Shown here: one piece after another, positions 37,099 to 45,271 of the stretch
Layout: every line of letters starts with the position of its first letter
How positions within the stretch are numbered: the first letter of the stretch is position 1
Assembly (NCBI GenBank): GCA_029932675.1
Contig: JAOZPP010000005.1
Span: 12,423 to 76,422 of the forward strand
DNA: 64,000 bases
Reading direction: 5' to 3'
DNA from: a bacterium
Lineage (GTDB): Bacteria; SM23-81; DAOVCL01
Made by a program: the position numbers and the translations under genes
Notes under the pieces: model-generated
What the model was told of the DNA's origin: nothing
What the model saw: only the letters and a program-made list of their open reading frames with translations
Databases searched by the model: none

Positions 37099-37521
37099 GG
37101 GACTGTTAAGTTAGCTGGTGCTGTTTTTTCCTTTGTGAGAATTTTAGCCAATCAATTCTTGATGTTTCAATCCCTGATAGAGAAAGGGGGCAGTGACCAT
37201 TGCAGGGTGAATAGTTGCACCTGTGAAAGATATAAATCGATAAGCATAGAACCAGAGTTTCAGGAAAATATAGGTATTTTGAGGGTTTTTAAACCCCCTG
37301 CATTTGAGCAAGTTTTCTATCCAGTGCTTTGATGACATTTTCTACTCTATTGGTATCTCTCAGCAAGTCTGGGAGAAAGAAAGAGGTTGTCAATAGCTTG
37401 AAGTTCCTCCGCAGCGATCTGATAGTCTCTTCTAATGAATCGACAAGTCAATATTTTTCTCTAAGTATAAGAGATTAAAAAGGAAATCACAAGAAGTAGT
37501 AACAGTTAACTTAACAGTCCC
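37099..37521 (-). mobile_element. Internally deleted insertion sequence (423 bp) with frameshifted transposase C-terminus
   Basis: TIRs GGGACTGTTAAGTTAGCTG / CAGTTAACTTAACAGTCCC (18/19); 8-bp TSD TAATTTTG at 37091-37098 and 37522-37529; remnant DTNRVENVIKALDRKLAQMQ/GFKNPQNTYIFLKLW. Confidence 0.85.
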
Positions 37522-37529
37522 TAATTTTG

Positions 37530-37579
37530 AAAAAAAATTAAAAAAAATCCTTGACAGTCCTAAAGAGAGGTATTAATAT
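37530..37579 (+). promoter_or_regulatory. sigma70 promoter with A-tract UP element
   Basis: A-tracts, then TTGACA (37551)-N17-TAATAT; RBS AAGGAGG before 37639. Confidence 0.6.
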
Positions 37580-37638
37580 AGCTTGTCCAATTAAGGATTC
37601 TCTATGGATGAGAGGACTAAAGAAAGGAGGGAGAAGAG

Positions 37639-40578
37639 ATGATTAGAATAAAAAGCATAGTTATCTTTGTAGGTGTTTTTATTCCCTTAGTTCTTGCCGT
37701 TTCCCTTTGGGCGGGAACCACGGGCAAGATAGTGGGAACGGTGAGGGATAAAGACACCGGTGCCTCTCTGCCTGGGGTGAATATCGTAATCAGGGGGACG
37801 ACGATGGGTGCGGCCACTAATTTAAAGGGAGAGTACTTTATCATCAATGTGCGGGCTGGCACCTATACTTTGGAAGCTACAATGGTTGGTTATAAAAAGA
37901 TGGTTGTCTCGAATGTGAAGGTATCAGCCGATCTAACTACTACTGTGAACTTTGAGCTTGAACCTACAGTGCTGGAGTTGGGGGAAGTTGTGGAGGTGAC
38001 TGCGGAGAGGAAAATCGTTAGAAAGGATGTGACCTCTTCACAGAGGATAGTTGGCGGGCGGGAGATTCAGGAGATGCCAGTAAGCGATTTTGATGATGTG
38101 GTTGTTCAGCAAGTTGGTGTAGTAGAGACGAACTTAGGGTTATCTGGTGGGGTGCATATCCGTGGCGGTAGAGAAAATGAAACGGCCTATATTGTTGATG
38201 GAGTATATACTAATGATCCATTTACTTCTCAGAGAGGGATATGGCTTGATAACAATGCAATTTCTGAGATGTCAGTTACTACAGGGGGGTTTGATGCTGA
38301 ATATGGGCAGGCTATGTCAGGGGTGGTTAATGTGGTAACTCCAGAGGCGGGAAGGGATTATGGTGGAATGCTGGAGTATACTACAGATAGGCCTCTGAAC
38401 GGTACTGATTATGACAATGACTATGACAATACCTATTTTAGCTTTGGTGGCCCCATACCTTGGTCCCATAGTAAGGCTGGGTTTTTCCTCTCTGGAGCTT
38501 ATTTGGATGTGGGGAACCGGAATCCAATGATCCTGCCCACACCCCGAAATGATGAAATTCACCCCAGTGGGACAGCTAAGATTACTATTAGACCGACTAA
38601 GGCGATTAAGTTAACCCTTAACGGTAACTGGTCCAGACGGAAGTATCATGCTTACTCCACTCAGCAACACCACCGTTCACGTGGGAAATGGTTATATGAG
38701 TGTCCTCTTTACAGGAGGGGAAACAGTCAGGTTAATTTGAAGTTCAACCATACTTTAAGTAAGAATACCTTCTATACAATTAATATGGGGAGATTTAACA
38801 CTTACACCAAATATAGTGCACAAAACGGAAGACATTACCACGATTTTCGGGCGATTGGCCCTGGCCTTAAATGGATGAGTGACCCGATAAAGTATGGCTG
38901 GTATGATCAGGAGTGGGGTACTTGGTTGGAAGGTCTAAACCCAGATTCGGTTTGGTTGGACTATTATAAAAAAGAGATGTATTATTACCAAGATTCGAGT
39001 GGCACCTGGAGGTGGGTCAGTCCTGAACTCCACGCGGAGGCCTTAAATGATCGCTGGTTTGATACGGGTCATTGGATTGTGGACTATTCTGCTCCGGAGT
39101 CGGTGAGGTATGTGCCATTTGATCTGGATGCCTATTTGGAAGATGTGGCCAATTCACCAAATCACCAAAGCGACCTATATCAGGGTGATATAGACAGGTG
39201 GGCTTATCCTTATCCCCGTGATGAGTACCAACAGTTTATATATAACTTCTTCCCAAGATGGCATGATAGAAGGAGTACACATCATTTTTTGGACTTTAAA
39301 TTGGAGAGTCAAGTAGATAAGTACAATTACTTGAAATTTGGGGTTAATGTGAGGAAATATGATTTGGAATTCACTGACATCCAATTTTCCAATTCACGTC
39401 CTTACTCCGATCACTACCACAAAAAACCTTTAGAATTTGCTATTTACTTGCAAGATAAAGTGGAATTCGAGGATCTGGTTTTCAAACCAGGCCTTAGGCT
39501 GGATTACTTCGACCCTGCTTCTCAGCGATACAAAGATTACACCAATGTGGAGCTGGGCAAAGAGGAGGCCAAATCCAGGGTTCAGATAAGTCCCAGAGTA
39601 GGAATTTCCTTCGCTGTAGGCGACAAAACGGTCTTGTATTGTAGCTATGGACACTTCTTTCAGATACCAGATCTAAGTGAGATATATATGGATCTTAACG
39701 CTGATCTAGCCACAGGTTATCCTCTGATTGGAGACCCAGGTTTGCCCCCTAAAAAGACGATTTCCTATGAGATTGGTTTGAAACACGCCTTTACTCCAGA
39801 TGTAAGGGGTGATATCACTGCCTATTATAAGGACGTTCCAGTGCTTTTATCCAGCGAACAGGTGGATACGTATCTGGAAAGGGTTGGTATGCCCGTGCAA
39901 TACACCCGAATGACAACGAATGATTTTGCCACTATTAAGGGGATAGATGTGAGTTTAAGTAAGAGGAGAGGTATATTTACAGGGAAGTTAACTTATTCCT
40001 ACTTGAGTGCTAAGGGGAGCGGTTCTAATGGAAGGGAGTTCTACTACTATTATATGGTGGAAGGCGAACCACGTCCCAAAAGAGAATATCCGTTGGAGTT
40101 TGATATCAATCATACGATTAAGGCGAGCCTGAATATGTATCTAAAAAAGGGATATGGTCCTGCTCTTTGGGGGTTTAAACCTCTCTCTGATTTGAATGCC
40201 AATCTTCAGTTTACCTTCATGTCAGGGGCACCTTATACACCCGTGAATGAGAAGGGCAAGCCAATGGAGATGGGTTCCAAGAAGATGCCCTCATTTCAGA
40301 AAACCGATTTGAAAGTGGAGAAGGGATTTGGATTGGGCGGCAAATATGAATGTAGCTTTTTTATAGATGTGAGGAATCTCTTTGATGTGGAAAACGTTGT
40401 GAACATTTATCGCTCCACAGGTAAACCAGATGATGATTCATATAAGCCTACAAGGGAAAGTTTCTCTTCGGAGGAGGAGTGGAAGAAGGCCGTAGAAGAT
40501 TGGTATAAGTATGTCAAGAATCCCAACAATTATGGGGAGCCTCGAATTATCAAATTGGGATTGAGGTTATCCTTTTAA
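37639..40578 (+). CDS. TonB-dependent receptor with N-terminal carboxypeptidase-regulatory-like domain
   Basis: Signal peptide, GTTGKIVG.V.D, HIRGGR, TGGFDAEYGQAMSGVVN, C-terminal PRIIKLGLRLSF. Confidence 0.9.
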   Translation: MIRIKSIVIFVGVFIPLVLAVSLWAGTTGKIVGTVRDKDTGASLPGVNIVIRGTTMGAATNLKGEYFIINVRAGTYTLEATMVGYKKMVVSNVKVSADLTTTVNFELEPTVLELGEVVEVTAERKIVRKDVTSSQRIVGGREIQEMPVSDFDDVVVQQVGVVETNLGLSGGVHIRGGRENETAYIVDGVYTNDPFTSQRGIWLDNNAISEMSVTTGGFDAEYGQAMSGVVNVVTPEAGRDYGGMLEYTTDRPLNGTDYDNDYDNTYFSFGGPIPWSHSKAGFFLSGAYLDVGNRNPMILPTPRNDEIHPSGTAKITIRPTKAIKLTLNGNWSRRKYHAYSTQQHHRSRGKWLYECPLYRRGNSQVNLKFNHTLSKNTFYTINMGRFNTYTKYSAQNGRHYHDFRAIGPGLKWMSDPIKYGWYDQEWGTWLEGLNPDSVWLDYYKKEMYYYQDSSGTWRWVSPELHAEALNDRWFDTGHWIVDYSAPESVRYVPFDLDAYLEDVANSPNHQSDLYQGDIDRWAYPYPRDEYQQFIYNFFPRWHDRRSTHHFLDFKLESQVDKYNYLKFGVNVRKYDLEFTDIQFSNSRPYSDHYHKKPLEFAIYLQDKVEFEDLVFKPGLRLDYFDPASQRYKDYTNVELGKEEAKSRVQISPRVGISFAVGDKTVLYCSYGHFFQIPDLSEIYMDLNADLATGYPLIGDPGLPPKKTISYEIGLKHAFTPDVRGDITAYYKDVPVLLSSEQVDTYLERVGMPVQYTRMTTNDFATIKGIDVSLSKRRGIFTGKLTYSYLSAKGSGSNGREFYYYYMVEGEPRPKREYPLEFDINHTIKASLNMYLKKGYGPALWGFKPLSDLNANLQFTFMSGAPYTPVNEKGKPMEMGSKKMPSFQKTDLKVEKGFGLGGKYECSFFIDVRNLFDVENVVNIYRSTGKPDDDSYKPTRESFSSEEEWKKAVEDWYKYVKNPNNYGEPRIIKLGLRLSF

Positions 40579-40714
40579 AGAGCCGTTATCCTTCCTTCCC
40601 CAATAGGGGTATGGATCTGTTTTAACGGGCCCTCAACTCTGAAATTTCTTAGAGATGATTCCCAAATGGCCATTTATGTTCGGTTAAACTGTAAAATGCC
40701 ATAAGGAGGAGAAG

Positions 40715-43700
40715 ATGCATAATAGTATAATCAAAGTTAGTTTATTTACGCTTTTAGGGACTGTTACCCTGTTAGTGGGGAATCCTCATCCAGGGTGGGC
40801 ACGTTGGCAGGATGATTATTATCAAAAATATAAGGAGTTTTTGAGAACAAAGGGGGAAAACTCCGAGAGTAGTGGGTATTATAAGGTAGGTTTCACTACT
40901 GGTGAGATGCCGGACACCTCGATTGGTCCTACCTCACCGATGATTTCTTGGTTGGGGGTAGGTAAACTCTGTGCTATTACGGTAAGTAATACCGCCCAGG
41001 GGGGACTTTTTTCACCTCCAATTGGTTGGAGTGGATACAATGGGAGGTGGCCTACAGGTTACTTTTATGGGGAAGGATTTAATGGGGACTATCCTTGTGG
41101 GCAAAATCAATATTATAATTGGGGATGTGGGGTTTGGATTGGGGGGTTATATCCGAGGATCAATCCAGTCACACAGGAGACCACCTGGGTGCCTAGAGTT
41201 GTTACTGGGGGCTATTACTCTGATCTGTCGGCGATGAGCAAGCTATATGCAACCAATGAGGTGATACCAGCCGGTCAGGAAGGAGCGGGGGATAGGTTGT
41301 TTGCAGACCCCGGGACCACGCCAGCTAGCTATCAGTATCGTTGGGTTTTTGCCGATACTGAGGCTATAAATCCCCGCCGCCGAAAGAATTTTCCTGATCT
41401 GTATGACAGGTTTAGATTAGACCCGGCCAATGGGGATATGGTGGCTATAGAGGAGACTTGGTCTGTGGCGGGGGATTGGGTCTCCGAGGACGAGGCAAGA
41501 ACCCTTTTTACCTTTGGATATGATGGAGATCCACTTGGGGTCAAATTGATCCAGAGGACTTATGATTGGAACTATGGTTATAACGATGATTATATTTACA
41601 TCAACTACCGGATTGTGAATATGAACGAAGTTCCCATAGAGAGCGTTTATGTCGGTTATTTTATGGACAATGACATTGGTGCTTTGGGGATAGAGGCTGC
41701 AGAAGGTAGTAACGACGATTTGGTGGGTTTTGATAAAGAGCTTAACCTGGGTTATACCTATGATTCGAACTTAGGTGAGCCCGGTTGGAAGACACCAGCA
41801 GGCTATATTGGATGTGTCTTCGTGGAAACGCCACGCAGGCCAGATGGGGAACAGATTGGTTTGACTGGTTTTCAGACCTGGACCAGAGAAGGTCCTGAGG
41901 GAAGAACTGTCGATGATCTGGAGGCGGATTGGGCAAAATATGCCGAATTGGATGGCCGTTATTCTAAGACTAAGGAGTGTTATGATCCCGATACTGCCCG
42001 CTTTGAGGTTTTCCAGAAACCTCAGGATGTGCGTCATCTTTCTGCTTCAGGGCCTTATTATCGATTAGAACCTGGGGAGGAGATTTCCTTTACTATTGCC
42101 ATTGTGATGGGGATGAGTTTATCGGAATTGAAGGAAAATACTCTCCAGGCGGTAAAACAGTTTGAGATGGGGTATATTGGTACAGCTCCTCCTCCTCCTC
42201 CTCATTTGACGGTCACTCCTGGTGATCAGAAGGTCTTTCTATCCTGGGATAATTACCCAGAAGATAAGGAGGATATAATTACTGGGGAGAAGGACTTTGA
42301 GGGATACAGAGTTTATAAAAGCACAACTGGTGTTGAAGGTGATTGGACGCTTTTGGCCGACTATGATATTAACTCCGATAGCTTAGGAACCCCAGGTACT
42401 GCAGACAGCACCGGAAATGTAGTTATAGTGAAGTATAAGAGAGGAACTTCTAAACTCAGATTTGGAGCAGGTGGTTTTTACCCACCCATGCTGCCATATT
42501 TTTCGGGCAATGAATATGCTATTGAGTTCCTGACCGATGATTATTTTCAGGTTGAGAATGTGTCCAAGCAGATAACCTATAAATGCAGAAAGCAGTATAA
42601 AGGAGGAGATTATTTTGCAGTTTTGCACGCTGACACAGTGGTAGAGGGGAGCGGTGACACTTTGATTTTTCCGGATACCACCAATTTTTACGATCCGGAT
42701 TTCTCTAATTATCCTCACTCCCTTTTTCATGCTCAATATCATCCGGGGGCTTTTATCTATATGGATGGGTTCTATGTCTATATAGCCAATGGTAAACCCA
42801 GCCCAGATGATCCACCATTGACTAAATATGAACCTCAAAAAGGGGACCTTTTTCGCATCGTTACCAAGGTCAGCACTGATATCGGCCCCCAAAATGGGCT
42901 TCAATATCATTATGTTGATGATGAGGGATTAATCAATGGGATGCCTTATTACTATGCGGTCACCTCATACGATAAAGGTTACCCAGGGATGGAGTTGGAA
43001 CCTTTAGAGAGTGCTAAGATTAAACATTTGGTTATTCCCAGGGCTACTCCTGCTGATGAATATGGTCCATCGGCCAGCTCAATTTCCCATGTCTGGGGTG
43101 TTTGCGAGGGGGAAGTAAGGGTTGAGATTACTAATCCGGAGAAGTTGCAATCTGGAAATTATGAGGTGACTTTCTACCCTGACACTGGCGTCTATGTGCC
43201 AGCTAGTGGGTGGAATCTAACAAATATTACCGATCCTTCTAATCCGGTTCCAGTTTTACAAAACAAGGGGTTGTATGTTAACCCCTTTACCCATCAGAAG
43301 TACGCCAGCTGTGATACCCTAGGGTTCCATATTTCGATAGTTGGACCCGACCGGAATATGGTGATTCCAGACACCTTAATCGATCTGGTTGAGGGAGATA
43401 CTACTATCTATGCAGGGGAATGGAACAATGAATGTTCTTTCAACTTTATTCTCCAAGGGGATCAAGGGGTTGGGCCTTATACTTACGAAATTACCTTTCC
43501 TGATAGCGGATGTATAGATGTGGCTGCTGATTCAATAGTTCCCTGGTGTGTAAGAAATAAAACCTTGGATGAACCGTGCCCTACCTATTATACGGGAAGG
43601 AATGATAATACGATACGTATATTGAAAAGGGATTACAGCGATTTTGGTGATGTCGCTATAGAGATGATTCCAGATTTTCTGCATTTCAAAGACCCAGTTT

Positions 43701-44155
43701 TGGATACCATATTTGGGGTTTATCCGGACAGCAGCGATCCTCCAACTCCTAATGATATCTATACCATTAGAACCCGTAAGACCTTTGCTGGGGGTAGCAA
43801 GGGAGATGTGTTCAGGTTTAGCATTAGGTCTCTAAAGGAGAAAAAACCTGCTTACAATTTGGAGAGGATAAGGGTAGTTCCTAATCCCTACTATATGAAG
43901 GCTGCCTGGGATACGGACAAATACCATCGGAAAATTATGTTTACTCACCTTCCTGCGAAATGCACTATTCGAATTTTCACCGTATCTGGGCTTCTGATCC
44001 GCACCATTAAACACGAAAGCGAAAGTGGTAATGGAGATGAGTTTTGGAATATGACTACAGATGAAAATTTGGATATTATGAGTGGTTTATACATCTACCA
44101 AGTCAAAGCAGAGGATGGGAAAACCAAAGTGGGTAAATTTGCCATTATTCGCTAA
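40715..44155 (+). CDS. Large secreted protein (1146 aa) with split FN3-like domain and variant T9SS-like CTD
   Basis: Signal peptide; PPPPP.LTVTPGD..V.LSWD, FEGYRVY, YYYAVTSYD; C-terminus IRVVPNPY..CTIRIFTVSG..SGLYIY..GKFAIIR. Confidence 0.8.
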   Translation: MHNSIIKVSLFTLLGTVTLLVGNPHPGWARWQDDYYQKYKEFLRTKGENSESSGYYKVGFTTGEMPDTSIGPTSPMISWLGVGKLCAITVSNTAQGGLFSPPIGWSGYNGRWPTGYFYGEGFNGDYPCGQNQYYNWGCGVWIGGLYPRINPVTQETTWVPRVVTGGYYSDLSAMSKLYATNEVIPAGQEGAGDRLFADPGTTPASYQYRWVFADTEAINPRRRKNFPDLYDRFRLDPANGDMVAIEETWSVAGDWVSEDEARTLFTFGYDGDPLGVKLIQRTYDWNYGYNDDYIYINYRIVNMNEVPIESVYVGYFMDNDIGALGIEAAEGSNDDLVGFDKELNLGYTYDSNLGEPGWKTPAGYIGCVFVETPRRPDGEQIGLTGFQTWTREGPEGRTVDDLEADWAKYAELDGRYSKTKECYDPDTARFEVFQKPQDVRHLSASGPYYRLEPGEEISFTIAIVMGMSLSELKENTLQAVKQFEMGYIGTAPPPPPHLTVTPGDQKVFLSWDNYPEDKEDIITGEKDFEGYRVYKSTTGVEGDWTLLADYDINSDSLGTPGTADSTGNVVIVKYKRGTSKLRFGAGGFYPPMLPYFSGNEYAIEFLTDDYFQVENVSKQITYKCRKQYKGGDYFAVLHADTVVEGSGDTLIFPDTTNFYDPDFSNYPHSLFHAQYHPGAFIYMDGFYVYIANGKPSPDDPPLTKYEPQKGDLFRIVTKVSTDIGPQNGLQYHYVDDEGLINGMPYYYAVTSYDKGYPGMELEPLESAKIKHLVIPRATPADEYGPSASSISHVWGVCEGEVRVEITNPEKLQSGNYEVTFYPDTGVYVPASGWNLTNITDPSNPVPVLQNKGLYVNPFTHQKYASCDTLGFHISIVGPDRNMVIPDTLIDLVEGDTTIYAGEWNNECSFNFILQGDQGVGPYTYEITFPDSGCIDVAADSIVPWCVRNKTLDEPCPTYYTGRNDNTIRILKRDYSDFGDVAIEMIPDFLHFKDPVLDTIFGVYPDSSDPPTPNDIYTIRTRKTFAGGSKGDVFRFSIRSLKEKKPAYNLERIRVVPNPYYMKAAWDTDKYHRKIMFTHLPAKCTIRIFTVSGLLIRTIKHESESGNGDEFWNMTTDENLDIMSGLYIYQVKAEDGKTKVGKFAIIR

Positions 44156-44187
44156 TCTTTGATCTTAACAAAATAGGAGGTGGGGTC

Positions 44188-45159
44188 ATGAAAAGAATGT
44201 TGGCTTTTATACTCTTTTTGCTTTTTGTTCAAGTCTTCATCCCCCAGGTCTCAAAGGCCAGATTAGGGGGGGCAGGTGTGGGGTTCCTCAATTTGGGGGG
44301 GGGGAGTAGGGGTATAGCTTTAGGGGGAGCGTACAGTGCTCCAGCAGAAGGGTTAGAGGCTATCTATTGGAATCCTGCGGGATTGGCCTATATGGAGAGG
44401 ACGAGTGTCTCTTTCACCCATGGTCAACTTTACGCCGATCTCAAAAATGAGAATGTCGCTTTTGCTATGCCCTTGGGAGGAGGTGTATTGGGATTTAGTG
44501 GATATGCCCTTCTATCTGGAAAGATAGAGAAGACCACCATAGAAGATCAGGACGGCACAGGGGAATTTTATACCGCTAATGATTTCGCCGGTGGCATATC
44601 TTACGCCCGTATGATGACCGACAAATTCGCTTTTGGTTTAACAGTCAAACTAATTGACGCAAATATAGACAAATGTTCAGCTATTGCTTGGGCCTTTGAT
44701 ATAGGGGGGACCTATAACACCGGTTTTAGGAATTTGCGGTTGGGATTCGTTATACGCAATTTTGGGCCAGATACCCATTATGAGGGGGAGAATTTGCAAT
44801 ATCTCGAAAACGAGTATTTGAAGGCTACTTACCGTTCCGATCCCTTCCCCTTGCCAATGAGCTTTCAAATGGGCTTTGCCTATGATGTTATTAACTCTAA
44901 GGATAACAAAATAACTGCGCTTGTCGATTTAGTTCATCCGATTGATCAGGACGAAACGATTGCTGGGGGGATCGAATATTGGTTGAGGGACACATATGCC
45001 TTAAGGGTAGGTTATTCTGAAGAAAACAATAGAGGATTGCGTGGGGGGGTGGGAGTGAAACTCTCTTTGGGGACGATCAAAACAAATATCGATTACAGCT
45101 ATGAGTTTCATCAATATCTTGATGGGATTCAACGTTTTACAATTGAGTTTACATATTGA
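44188..45159 (+). CDS. PorV/PorQ-family (UPF0164-like) outer-membrane beta-barrel
   Basis: FLNLGGGSRGIALGGA...AIYWNPAGLA, amphipathic strands, terminal aromatic (IEFTY). Confidence 0.85.
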   Translation: MKRMLAFILFLLFVQVFIPQVSKARLGGAGVGFLNLGGGSRGIALGGAYSAPAEGLEAIYWNPAGLAYMERTSVSFTHGQLYADLKNENVAFAMPLGGGVLGFSGYALLSGKIEKTTIEDQDGTGEFYTANDFAGGISYARMMTDKFAFGLTVKLIDANIDKCSAIAWAFDIGGTYNTGFRNLRLGFVIRNFGPDTHYEGENLQYLENEYLKATYRSDPFPLPMSFQMGFAYDVINSKDNKITALVDLVHPIDQDETIAGGIEYWLRDTYALRVGYSEENNRGLRGGVGVKLSLGTIKTNIDYSYEFHQYLDGIQRFTIEFTY

Positions 45160-45271
45160 AAGGATTTGATGGCACACTAACTAACAATTGAGGTTTAAGG
45201 TGAAATGGGGAAGGAGGTGATGTTTATTGGAAAGAAAGTATAGATAGTATATGGTGCTTATAACCTTTTGA

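Noticed and set aside
37069..37338. ORFs 37069-37332 (+) and 37144-37338 (-)
   Set aside because: Lie within the IS remnant; the minus ORF is part of a frameshifted transposase tail
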